Virus record (IMG/VR): IMGVR_UViG_3300032167_000278
Source of the DNA: a virus
Length of the DNA stretch: 43,015 bases
Reading direction: 5' to 3' (one strand)
Made by a program: the position numbers and the translations under genes. The notes beneath the pieces are model-generated. The model was not told where the DNA came from. It did no database searches and worked only from the letters and a program-made list of their open reading frames with translations. Below, one piece after another: positions 9,314 to 17,926 of the stretch; position 1 is the first letter of the stretch, and every line of letters starts with the position of its first letter.

Positions 9314-10318
9314 ATGGATAAACCTAAATTTAGTGAAGTTTACGATTTTGAGAATTTATACTGTGCAGCTTATGAAACTATACAGGATAAAAAGTATTAT
9401 CCAGAAGAATTACAATTTGCAAGCAACCTCGAAGAAGAGCTGATTAAATTGCAAAATGAACTAATCTGGCATACATACATTCCTGGCGACTATTACTATT
9501 TTTGGGTTTATGATCCGAAAAAGCGGTTAATTTGCGCTCCAGAACTTAGAGACAGAATTATTCATACAGCTGTTTGCAGGGTGATAGAAAGATATATTGA
9601 ACCGCGCCTGGATTACGATTCTTATGCTTGCAGAAAGGGAAAAGGCGCACTGGATGCAGCGAATAGAGCCGGACTTTATGCAAACAAATATTCTCATTTT
9701 GTATATTTTGACATTAAAGGATTCTTTGACAGCATTCCAGTTTTGCCGCTTGAAGAAGTTTATCTTAAACGCTTTGTAGATGATTCTGAAATAATGTGGC
9801 TGCTGCATACAATCTTTATGAAAGATTGTAACGGCGTAGGCATAAAGAAAGGATGCAGAACAAGTCAGCTTTCAGCAAATGTTTATTTAAATGAATTAGA
9901 CCATTTTGTCCGGCATACACTTAAAGCAAAGGCGTATGTTCGATACATGGATGATTTTATAATCTTCAGTAATGACGTCGAATATCTGAAGTTTTGCTGG
10001 GCTGAAATAGCAAGGTTTCTGGAAGAAAAACTTTTCTTGAAACTTAACGGCAAAACCTTTATCGGTTCAACATCGCAAGGGTTTGAATTTGTAGGTTACA
10101 GGATTTTCAAAGATTATAAAATTGTGAGAAAAACCGCTTTAGACAGAAGTGCGAAAACCTTTAAATCATGGAAGAATGGCAAAGTTGACGATTTGTCCTT
10201 CTATCGGAGTACGGCAAGCCGTGTTGGACATTGCCAGGGCACGGCCAGTTACAAATGGTACTGTGAATATTTATTGAAAGCGTTGAAGTTTGTTCTGATA
10301 GACAGGGTGGAAAAATAG
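9314..10318 (+). CDS. DGR reverse transcriptase
   Basis: 334 aa. Has YMDD (VRYMDDFIIF), the DGR-type GxxxSQ motif (GCRTSQLSANVYLNELDH) and RLICAPELRDRIIHTAV. Adjacent to TR. Confidence 0.9.
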   Translation: MDKPKFSEVYDFENLYCAAYETIQDKKYYPEELQFASNLEEELIKLQNELIWHTYIPGDYYYFWVYDPKKRLICAPELRDRIIHTAVCRVIERYIEPRLDYDSYACRKGKGALDAANRAGLYANKYSHFVYFDIKGFFDSIPVLPLEEVYLKRFVDDSEIMWLLHTIFMKDCNGVGIKKGCRTSQLSANVYLNELDHFVRHTLKAKAYVRYMDDFIIFSNDVEYLKFCWAEIARFLEEKLFLKLNGKTFIGSTSQGFEFVGYRIFKDYKIVRKTALDRSAKTFKSWKNGKVDDLSFYRSTASRVGHCQGTASYKWYCEYLLKALKFVLIDRVEK

Positions 10319-10321
10319 GTT

Positions 10322-10996
10322 TTAGCTCAGTTTATCCATTTCTTTGTTAAAAATATCTTGCATCATTTGTGCTGCATAATCAGAAGCGGGTTCAAGCCAT
10401 GCGTTTTTAGGGGTTTGGGTGCTGTAGTATTTCAAGTTTAAAATGTGGGTAGATTTAAAAGAAACATTGTCGCCGCTTTTTCTAAAAGACGTAACCTTAA
10501 AAATAGAATTGTTCATGCGGATAAAGCCGTGCGTTTTGGCGGCAACGAAAGCACGGGCAACATGGGCGGCTTTTTTACTCTTAAAGTTGGTTGAACCGTG
10601 GACAACAAGAGGTTTTATTGCACTGTAATAATACGAACGGCGGACGGTTTTTAAATTTGAACCGCCACGGGCTTTTGTGGTCGGAATAACCAAATTTCCG
10701 TTCGTTCCCCTATGTGTTCCGCCTTTTTCCTGGCGTTCCATGTATGAGATTCGGTCTGTCGCGCCAGTTTCGCTTTTAATCTGATTAAGCGTTTTTACAT
10801 TTGAAGCGCACTTTGTAAAGCGTATTTGTTTTGTTGTAAAACTATTTCTTAATGTGAAACTGTTCTGAACATTGCGGATGGCGTTGTTTCGTGCTGTTGC
10901 CGCCACAATGTTTACAGTATTGATTCCAGCCTTCAAAAATCGGCGGTTTACGTCTGCGGTTACTTGTGAAAAAGAAGAAAATATTTTCGTTGCCAT
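10322..10996 (-). CDS. Hypothetical protein, possibly virion-associated (late motif upstream)
   Basis: The ORF track gives 10322-11086. The internal ATG at 10996 (MATKIFSS...) sits 22 nt downstream of a minus-strand copy of the late motif. Confidence 0.5.
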   Translation of the reverse strand: MATKIFSSFSQVTADVNRRFLKAGINTVNIVAATARNNAIRNVQNSFTLRNSFTTKQIRFTKCASNVKTLNQIKSETGATDRISYMERQEKGGTHRGTNGNLVIPTTKARGGSNLKTVRRSYYYSAIKPLVVHGSTNFKSKKAAHVARAFVAAKTHGFIRMNNSIFKVTSFRKSGDNVSFKSTHILNLKYYSTQTPKNAWLEPASDYAAQMMQDIFNKEMDKLS

Positions 10997-11018
10997 AATT
11001 ACAGAATAACAGGATTTT

Positions 11019-11036
11019 AAATTATCGCTATACCAA
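11019..11036 (-). promoter_or_regulatory. Late-promoter-like motif copy 6 (minus strand: TTGGTATAGCGATAATTT)
   Basis: Reverse complement of 11019-11036. Shares the 2-nt insertion variant seen at 27653. Confidence 0.5.
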
Positions 11037-11039
11037 AAA

Positions 11040-11348
11040 TTACAAATCATCAAACAAAGACGGCTGGTCATAGTCGGAAATTTCAAAATGCGAGAAAAGT
11101 TCTTTGAGTTTACGACTGTCTTTTATCCATGACTGGATACGGAAAACAGCTGCGCGTTGTGCGTCTTTTTCAGTCGGATATTTTGTTTCTTTTTCGGTGG
11201 GATAATAAGAACGAATGAAACGGCGCAGCTTGCAATTTATACTGTAAACAAAACCGTTTTCTACAGCATAAATTGTAAGTATGATTTGCGAGCCGTTTTT
11301 AGATTCATTGCGTTTTTGCACAACTGGCAAAGTCGAAACATAGGTCAT
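11040..11348 (-). CDS. Hypothetical protein
   Basis: 102-aa ORF. Its start overlaps the upstream stop (TAATG coupling). Confidence 0.5.
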   Translation of the reverse strand: MTYVSTLPVVQKRNESKNGSQIILTIYAVENGFVYSINCKLRRFIRSYYPTEKETKYPTEKDAQRAAVFRIQSWIKDSRKLKELFSHFEISDYDQPSLFDDL

Positions 11349-11701
11349 TATTCCGGCTGAAACTCCAGGATCTGCATATTCAAGATTTTTGCAATGCGAT
11401 ATTCGAGCCGTGCGCCTTTTGAGCGTTTCCAGCCGGGAAGCATACAGATAATGTTACAAGAGGAAAGTTCCTTTATATCTTTTCGCATATAATCTGTATA
11501 ATCGGGCGTTTTTTCAAGTTTGGCAAAAAGCTCTTCAATGTTTTTTGCGAGTGTTACGGGATTTATCACGCAAAAACTTCCCGAAAGTTCCAGAAGTTCT
11601 TTTTCTGCTGCAAGGAAATTGTCCTGCCAGTTTTCAACGCCTGTAATAGGCCCGCTTATATAAACGTTTCCGATCAGACAAGAATCTGCATTTTTAATCA
11701 T
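11348..11701 (-). CDS. DUF4406 / nucleoside 2-deoxyribosyltransferase-like protein
   Basis: VYISGPITG ... LPGWKRSKGARLEYRIA matches the DUF4406 pattern as I recall it. Confidence 0.55.
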   Translation of the reverse strand: MIKNADSCLIGNVYISGPITGVENWQDNFLAAEKELLELSGSFCVINPVTLAKNIEELFAKLEKTPDYTDYMRKDIKELSSCNIICMLPGWKRSKGARLEYRIAKILNMQILEFQPE

Positions 11702-11711
11702 TTTTCACACC

Positions 11712-12101
11712 TCATACACTTTGATATTCCATAGATTGCATGACAGCAATATTCCTTTCTGTTGGTTCTATTCCAAGCCTTTTGCACAGTCTAAGTCGCA
11801 AAAAATGTTTTGCGTAAGCAAAAATAAAATTTGCGAGCGCATAGCACATATTGTTTATAACCAGGACAACTGCAATTTTTGCAAGTTCATTCAATTTTAA
11901 CTTATCAAGAACAGCCGTACCGACAACAAGGAAGATGCCAAACAAAGTTTGATAGGGGAACGATTCAAAAAGTATCGTGTTTGCCGATCTAAGTTCATTT
12001 TGAACAGGTGTTTTTCCTTGTTCAATCGCTTTTAAGACCCTTTCAAAATCCTTTTTATACTTTTGCAAATCTGATTTTTTATGAATAAAAAGATAATACA
12101 T
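11712..12101 (-). CDS. Hypothetical membrane protein
   Basis: 129 aa with two or three hydrophobic segments. G-rich RBS (gggggg) upstream. Confidence 0.5.
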   Translation of the reverse strand: MYYLFIHKKSDLQKYKKDFERVLKAIEQGKTPVQNELRSANTILFESFPYQTLFGIFLVVGTAVLDKLKLNELAKIAVVLVINNMCYALANFIFAYAKHFLRLRLCKRLGIEPTERNIAVMQSMEYQSV

Positions 12102-12112
12102 CTTATTCCCCC

Positions 12113-12271
12113 CTATTTTTCTTCTTCCTTTTCCGGGTAGTTGTTTTCAAAAAAATTGCTTGCATCTATACAAACGCGGTGGATTGCCTGGCAAGTTTCT
12201 TCATTGTTTGTTTCTGCAATTTTCAAAATTGCGACAAAGTATTTTTGCATTTCTTCATGTTTATTCATCAT
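12113..12271 (-). CDS. Small hypothetical protein (52 aa, below the ORF-track cutoff)
   Basis: Hand-translated MMNKHEEMQKYFVAILKIAETNNEETCQAIHRVCIDASNFFENNYPEKEEEK. Strong RBS taaggag 8 nt upstream. Fills the gap between two genes. Confidence 0.5.
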   Translation of the reverse strand: MMNKHEEMQKYFVAILKIAETNNEETCQAIHRVCIDASNFFENNYPEKEEEK

Positions 12272-12292
12272 TTTTTTCTTACTCCTTAAAAA

Positions 12293-15200
12293 TTAGAAAA
12301 TATCCATTTCACCGTCTAAATCATCCGGGAAGCCCCAATCTGGTTCTTCTGGCGGCTGTGTGTAGGTTGGCGGTCGCTGCTTAAATTGTGTTGCGGGGCC
12401 ATTTGTCTGTGTTTTTTCTGCGCCATCACCAAACAAAGTGCCGTCATTCTGTTGCTGGGCTGGCGCGGTTTCATTCAAGGTTTGCAAGCCCTGTTCAGAG
12501 AGTTTGACATTAAAGAAAACAAGCTCCGGGTAGTTGTTTATCTTCTTCTGGCGGTAGTCAATTTCACGATAATCGCGTTTTAACAAGCGTACAAACTTAT
12601 TGCGGGTCAAGGCTTCTTTACTTTCGTCTGAAAGTCCATAGTATTTCAAATAACATTCATAAGCCTTTTGGACTTCTGTATAGATTCCGCCGGACAAATC
12701 AAATACCAGGCAATCATTAACAAATTTATCAAGGTCTGTTTTCTGCTCTTCGATATAGCGGCCTTTGTAACCTTCACATTCCGGGGAAAGCGGTATTTCA
12801 CCATGCAGATTGACATTCAAATCTATATAAAGCTCCATAAAATATTTGACAACAGCCGGAAATTCCGGGCGCAAGTAGTTTATGAAGCCTGTTGCCGTTT
12901 TGCCGCCTTCGCCTTTTTTATGCTGAATATTGAACGGAATTACAACCATTCGGGAAATTGCGGCTTCATCGTGAGCGTCAAAGTTTGGCGAATAGTTGGA
13001 TGCAATAATAATTTGCGCGGTTGGAATGAAGTCGTGCGGATCGCGGTACAATCCACGGGCTGTAAGAGTGTCGCCACCTGTAAGCTCTTTCCAGAAAGAT
13101 GTATTAAGTGAAGCATTGCGGGCGGTTTCCTGGGCGAATGCACAGCATTTTCCTTCCAGCTTCGCAATTTCTGGGTTTGCTTCGTTTCCGCTTGCGCGTT
13201 TGAATCCTGTTGAAACAAGTACATCCGATTTTACGCGGGCGCACATTCCTTTGAATATTTCTTCTACAATGTTACAGGTTGTAGATTTACCCGTTCCGCC
13301 TTTTCCTAAGAAAATGCCACCGTATTTAAAGCCAGTGTTACGGCTAGGAATGAGCGACAAATAATAAAGCAAGGTTTGAAGCGTTTTTTCGTCTTTAAAG
13401 TTACCCTTCATAAACTCCAAAAACCTTTCTGGCTTTCCAGCTTTGCGTAATTCTTCTTCTTTGTAAGGCAGCATTTCGCGGCGGTATTCTTCCGGGCGGC
13501 TTTTTCTGTATTCGATTTCTTTACCAGAAAAGTCTACTACACAATCTAAAAGCGTGAGCGTTTCGCGCATCTGCGGGCCGTCAAAAGGAACATTTTCACG
13601 GAATACATCGGGTTTTAAGCCGGACAAATCCTGCGCAAGTTCTACACGAAAGCGGCGACCTTCCAACTTTTTAACAAGGTCATTTATAAGACTTTTCTTG
13701 TCAAAATGCTTTTCAAGATACTTAAGCATGAGATTAAGCAGGATTGTATAAGCTGCGCCTGGTGCGTCTGGTTCGCGAACCCAAACGTGACCGTTGAAAA
13801 AATACCAGCGTTTTTCACATTCAACATAAATCAAACGCCCCTGCAATACGGATGCAACTGTAAGAGCGGCAGAGCGTACACCCTGCGTATTTAAGAACTG
13901 CAAAAAATTAACATCATTTTCCATTCTGTCATAATCAATGGAAACAATAGTTTGCTGCTCTTTTATGTTGCGCAAGATTTCACTTGCCGGAATGAGTGCT
14001 TTTTCAAGTTCACGGCGTAAGTAGTTTGAAACGCCGTATTTTTCGCATATTTCAAGGATAAAATAAGGGGTAATATTCGATTTCTTTTCAAGCTGCTTAA
14101 CAGTTATATTGCCTTCGCCCCATTTTAAGATTTCGTTGATTGTCTCTTTGTTTTTACAAGCCTTAACACAAGCAAGCGCAAAAAACTCTACATCTTCTTC
14201 GTCCAGTGAGTTATATTCAACTTTTTTAAGAAGTGAACGCAAGCGTTTAATGCTTAATGTGTCATAATCAAGCCATAAAGTGCCGTGAATCTCTTTTTTT
14301 ACTTCCGGCGTTTTATAAAGCTGCGCATTTTTGATTGCTTCAATAACAAGATCTGCACGACCTGCAAGAATTGCTTCGTCTGTGTCTTTGTATGGCACAT
14401 TATCCGGCAAAATTGCAACTTTGATTTGCCCTTTGAATCCAGCTTTTAAGAGTTTTTCGGGAATGCTTGTTTTGTATTTGTCGGTTTCTGCAAAAGGCAT
14501 TAAACCGAACATTTTTTGACCGATATAATTATTCTGTGCGTTGTCTTTATCTGCAAAGAATGTAATTTCCGGGATGTTATTAGGAATAATAAATTCCTGC
14601 GCTTTTGGTTCTGTAAGACCGTTTACGCCGCAAGTTGAAAATACATTTTCAATTCCAGCTGCACGGCAAGCGATAGCGTCAAATTCACCTTCAACAAAAA
14701 CAACAGGTTTTTCTTTTGGCAAAAGTCCTGGCATTGGAAAAGGGCTTATTCCTTTTGTATTTACTTTATTGCTTTTGCCGCCTAAATAATAATTAAGCTT
14801 AAAGCCGGAAAAACCTTTAAAAACAACGCCGCTTGCTTCCCAAAGACTTTTATTTCCTTTTTCGGGATTGCGTCCGGGGATGCCCGCGCCAACGAGCGTC
14901 TGCCAGCCAAGTTCAGCTTCGGCAATGGTGTAGCCGGGCCAGTAGAAAAAATAGCTTACCATGCGGTCGCGCACTTCAACAGGGTATGTCTGAAGCTGAT
15001 TATTTGTTTTAATCTGCGCGCGGCGGTTTAAATACTTTGTGACTTCTTCATTGCGTGATTTATGGCGTTTAAAATAATCTTCCAGCTTTTTAACACAATC
15101 TGGATCAGTCGCAAAATCTTCTGTTTTGCGTGTTTTTGAAGCGGATTTTTTAGGTAAAACGAGGGTTGTTGATGCGCCGCCAAAAGTGCGTTCTATTTCT

Positions 15201-15427
15201 TTGAACTGTTCGGCTTTGTCTGTTATGCCCTGCAAGATTTCTACAGCATCGTAAATATCGCCATGTATGCCACAGGAATAGCATTTGAAGTGGTCTTCAA
15301 AAAGTTCGCAAGAGGGGTTTTTGTCTTCATGCTGCGGATTAAAGCAACGGATTAAGCCGCGCTGGGCTTCAATGCCCTTGTATTGGAGATATTGCAATAA
15401 GCTGTTTTTATATTTTGAAAAGTCCAT
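12293..15427 (-). CDS. Bifunctional primase-helicase (CHC2 zinc finger + TOPRIM + D5/P4-type SF3 NTPase)
   Basis: CFNPQHEDKNPSCELFEDHFKCYSCGIHGD (zinc finger), VFVEGEFDAIACRAAG (TOPRIM), GKGGTGKST (Walker A). 1044 aa. Confidence 0.85.
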   Translation of the reverse strand: MDFSKYKNSLLQYLQYKGIEAQRGLIRCFNPQHEDKNPSCELFEDHFKCYSCGIHGDIYDAVEILQGITDKAEQFKEIERTFGGASTTLVLPKKSASKTRKTEDFATDPDCVKKLEDYFKRHKSRNEEVTKYLNRRAQIKTNNQLQTYPVEVRDRMVSYFFYWPGYTIAEAELGWQTLVGAGIPGRNPEKGNKSLWEASGVVFKGFSGFKLNYYLGGKSNKVNTKGISPFPMPGLLPKEKPVVFVEGEFDAIACRAAGIENVFSTCGVNGLTEPKAQEFIIPNNIPEITFFADKDNAQNNYIGQKMFGLMPFAETDKYKTSIPEKLLKAGFKGQIKVAILPDNVPYKDTDEAILAGRADLVIEAIKNAQLYKTPEVKKEIHGTLWLDYDTLSIKRLRSLLKKVEYNSLDEEDVEFFALACVKACKNKETINEILKWGEGNITVKQLEKKSNITPYFILEICEKYGVSNYLRRELEKALIPASEILRNIKEQQTIVSIDYDRMENDVNFLQFLNTQGVRSAALTVASVLQGRLIYVECEKRWYFFNGHVWVREPDAPGAAYTILLNLMLKYLEKHFDKKSLINDLVKKLEGRRFRVELAQDLSGLKPDVFRENVPFDGPQMRETLTLLDCVVDFSGKEIEYRKSRPEEYRREMLPYKEEELRKAGKPERFLEFMKGNFKDEKTLQTLLYYLSLIPSRNTGFKYGGIFLGKGGTGKSTTCNIVEEIFKGMCARVKSDVLVSTGFKRASGNEANPEIAKLEGKCCAFAQETARNASLNTSFWKELTGGDTLTARGLYRDPHDFIPTAQIIIASNYSPNFDAHDEAAISRMVVIPFNIQHKKGEGGKTATGFINYLRPEFPAVVKYFMELYIDLNVNLHGEIPLSPECEGYKGRYIEEQKTDLDKFVNDCLVFDLSGGIYTEVQKAYECYLKYYGLSDESKEALTRNKFVRLLKRDYREIDYRQKKINNYPELVFFNVKLSEQGLQTLNETAPAQQQNDGTLFGDGAEKTQTNGPATQFKQRPPTYTQPPEEPDWGFPDDLDGEMDIF

Positions 15428-15450
15428 TTTATTTCACATAGGGGCAAAAG

Positions 15451-15459
15451 CCCCCCCCC
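15451..15459. repeat. C9 (G9 on the coding strand) homopolymer between the 15464 gene stop and the primase start
   Basis: Counted directly: g-ccccccccc-g. It forms part of a GGGGC-TTTT-GCCCC hairpin on the minus strand. Confidence 0.8.
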
Positions 15460-15463
15460 GTTG

Positions 15464-15697
15464 CTATTTTTCTGTGCATGATACAATTTCGCCGCCAAAT
15501 TCTTTTTTCAGCAAATGAACTGTCAGCGGCACTTCATGCGATTTTTGCCAGTTGTCAGTCATAATTGCCAATTCCTGCGGGCTGTATTTTGTGCCATCTT
15601 TGCAGAAAAGCCAGCCGGACACTTTATCGTAGGCAATGCGTTGTTTTAAAGTTTCTGAATAAATAAAGTGCCATTTGGCTTTCTGCGGTTCGCTCAT
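15464..15697 (-). CDS. Hypothetical protein
   Basis: 77-aa ORF packed between parB and the primase gene. Confidence 0.5.
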   Translation of the reverse strand: MSEPQKAKWHFIYSETLKQRIAYDKVSGWLFCKDGTKYSPQELAIMTDNWQKSHEVPLTVHLLKKEFGGEIVSCTEK

Positions 15698-15700
15698 TTG

Positions 15701-16690
15701 TTACCCCAAAGTCTTTGCGTCTGGATTGTCCGAAAGGAAAATCAACCGATGTAAACCGGGGTCATATTTCAAACCGGAAATTTCAAAAACACGCCCACAG
15801 TCTTGTATGCAAAGCGTTGTATCTGGTGCAACCTTTTTTAACTTCTGTTCAAGACTTAAAAGAAAACTTTCTTTGTCCGCTGTTGCGTAATTCAGCCAAA
15901 TAAACAGTTCGCAATTTTTAGGCTTACTACTCACGTGAGTAGTCGGCTTTGTCTCTTTTTCAGATTCGTAAAAATCAGATTCAGACATTGAAGACGGTTC
16001 AATCATTTCGTCAAAATCCGGCACTTCAATTTCTGAATTGTCTTGTTTTTCACCTTTGTATTCATGCAGAATTTTTGTGGCGGCTGCATTCGTTCCGCCA
16101 GCTTCGTTCAGTTCCTGCACTTTACCCGGCAAATCTTCTGCATCCACGCTTCTAAGCTGTGCGAGCGCACGAGTTTTTAGCGAGCTTGTATCAATGCCAG
16201 CCACTTCAGCCTTTTCGCGCACTTTCGTTCCTGCCACAATGTCAGAAACATAGCTGATTGGCTTTGAAAGAAGGTCTGCTATTTCCTTCTGGGAAAGCCC
16301 TTTTTCAAGCATTTCGCGGATTGCGTTTTCTTTGTCCTGGGCGGTCAAATCAGTGCGCTGGATATTCTCAATCATTTGCAGCGTCCATGTCTCGCCTGTT
16401 CGGATACAGCATTCCACAAGTCCCACATCCACGCCCTGTTTCTGCAAAAAAGCAAGCGCACGCAATCGGCGATGACCACAAATCAACTCATAAACATTCT
16501 TACCCAAGCCCGGTTCAATAACGCCGGGTTTTACCGTAAGAGGATTAAGAAGCCCGTTTGTCTGAATGCTTTTTGCAAGGTTTTCGATTTCCTGCCAGTC
16601 GTAAACCTTGCGGACATTGCCGCTTTCTTCACGGATTTGTTCAAGAGGAATCTTTATTGTTGAAAGATTGTTGTTTGAAAACTTTGCCAT
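15701..16690 (-). CDS. parB: ParB-family partition protein
   Basis: ParB/Srx box LICGHRRLRA, HTH region GLSQKEIADLL. Immediately downstream of parA. Confidence 0.85.
   Translation of the reverse strand: MAKFSNNNLSTIKIPLEQIREESGNVRKVYDWQEIENLAKSIQTNGLLNPLTVKPGVIEPGLGKNVYELICGHRRLRALAFLQKQGVDVGLVECCIRTGETWTLQMIENIQRTDLTAQDKENAIREMLEKGLSQKEIADLLSKPISYVSDIVAGTKVREKAEVAGIDTSSLKTRALAQLRSVDAEDLPGKVQELNEAGGTNAAATKILHEYKGEKQDNSEIEVPDFDEMIEPSSMSESDFYESEKETKPTTHVSSKPKNCELFIWLNYATADKESFLLSLEQKLKKVAPDTTLCIQDCGRVFEISGLKYDPGLHRLIFLSDNPDAKTLG
15926..15943. repeat. CACGTG palindrome copy 1 (ACTACTCACGTGAGTAGT), inside the parB coding region
   Basis: Perfect 18-bp palindrome, translated in frame as TTHVSS in ParB. 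Confidence 0.85.
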
Positions 16691-16691
16691 T

Positions 16692-17408
16692 TTATGCCCA
16701 CTCCTTGCCTGTTACGGTCTGAATAAAATTCATCATGCGGCTTTCTACGGTTGCGGGAATCTTATATTCCGGGTTTTGAACGAGCTTCTGGAAGCTGTTC
16801 ACAAGCGGAATGGGATTTTCAATCATAAAGTCGCCGAAAGTGTTTTTGTATTGTTCCCAAATGTTGCCAGGGTCGCGGTTTTTGTTATAAGCATTGCAGA
16901 CGACAAAAACTTCTGATTCAAGGCAGCAATCCTGCAATGTGTCCATGTATTGCAAAGTTGCCTTGTAATCCAGCGGCGAACATTTGCCGCTTACAATGAT
17001 TGTGTCAGAAGCAAAGACTGCGTTGCGTGTCTGGGCGTTCCAAGTTCCCGGCGGGTCGATGATGATGTAGTCGTATTTTTCTGCAAGGCCCTGTTTTTTG
17101 ATTTCCAGCTTTAGCTTTGTGTCCATTACGTTTGAAAGCATGGATAAATCCAGGTCTTCCGGGATAATTGAAAGACTTCCGCCGCTTTCATGCTCTTTGA
17201 GCAAATACGGCTGGACTTCGCGGCCTGTAAGAAGAAGTTTTGAATTCTGGTCTTGCAAAACTTTTCCGTAGACTTCTGAAATGCTGCAATTCGGATCAAG
17301 GCCGATTATCAGCACTTTTTGAGCGTGCCTGTAAAGAAATTCTGCAAGCAGTGTGTTTAAGGTGGTTTTTCCTGTGCCGCCTTTTTTGTTGGTTGTCGTT
17401 AAAATCAT
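16692..17408 (-). CDS. parA: ParA-family partition ATPase
   Basis: Deviant Walker A NKKGGTGKTT near the N-terminus. 238 aa. Confidence 0.85.
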   Translation of the reverse strand: MILTTTNKKGGTGKTTLNTLLAEFLYRHAQKVLIIGLDPNCSISEVYGKVLQDQNSKLLLTGREVQPYLLKEHESGGSLSIIPEDLDLSMLSNVMDTKLKLEIKKQGLAEKYDYIIIDPPGTWNAQTRNAVFASDTIIVSGKCSPLDYKATLQYMDTLQDCCLESEVFVVCNAYNKNRDPGNIWEQYKNTFGDFMIENPIPLVNSFQKLVQNPEYKIPATVESRMMNFIQTVTGKEWA

Positions 17409-17452
17409 GTTTCTACTCCTTATGTATGATTTTCCGCTTTGGTTGCATTTAG

Positions 17453-17926
17453 TTAGAACGGTATGCGTTCGCCGTTTTCGTCATACATGTCCGGCGGCAC
17501 ATCGTCAAAATCCGGGGCTTCCGGTGCAGGGCTTGAATAGCCTTGTGAAGCAGGTTGTGTTCCGTTTGTGGCAACATTTACACGTTTGCCTTCGCCCGGT
17601 CTTCTTAAAGCTCTTACCCTGGTGGCACGGATTTCAACGCGTGAAAACTTTTTGCCGTCTTTTTCCCATGAAGAAGTTTTTAATTCAGCTTCAATGAGAA
17701 CTTCACGACCTTTGGTATATTCAGAAAGATTCTTTTTTGCGCTCTCACCCCAATAGCTAACGTCAAAAAAATTGGTTATTTTTTTCCACTCATTTGTTGA
17801 ATTGTCTAAATAATCTTTGTTTACTGCCAAAGAAAGCGTTGCAACAGCACTGCCATTGCTCAACGTGTTCAAGGATGCGTCTTTTGTAAGCCGCCCCTGC
17901 AAGTAAAGCGCGTTTAAATCACTCAT
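17453..17926 (-). CDS. ssb: Single-stranded DNA-binding protein
   Basis: OB-fold-type N-terminus, Gly/Pro-rich linker and an acidic tail ending ...DENGERIPF. Confidence 0.8.
   Translation of the reverse strand: MSDLNALYLQGRLTKDASLNTLSNGSAVATLSLAVNKDYLDNSTNEWKKITNFFDVSYWGESAKKNLSEYTKGREVLIEAELKTSSWEKDGKKFSRVEIRATRVRALRRPGEGKRVNVATNGTQPASQGYSSPAPEAPDFDDVPPDMYDENGERIPF

Noticed and set aside
9314-10318. The reverse transcriptase as a retron, group II intron or Abi-type defence RT
   Set aside because: An adjacent VR/TR pair with adenine-only mismatches, an Avd-like gene and the GxxxSQ motif all point to a DGR. There is no msr/msd-like inverted-repeat structure, no intron RNA domains and no maturase/endonuclease extension.
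12160-12384. 74-aa plus-strand ORF in the primase / small-gene junction
   Set aside because: It lies antisense to a minus-strand operon. The same interval is better explained by a 52-aa minus-strand ORF with a strong aaggag RBS and by the primase 3' end.
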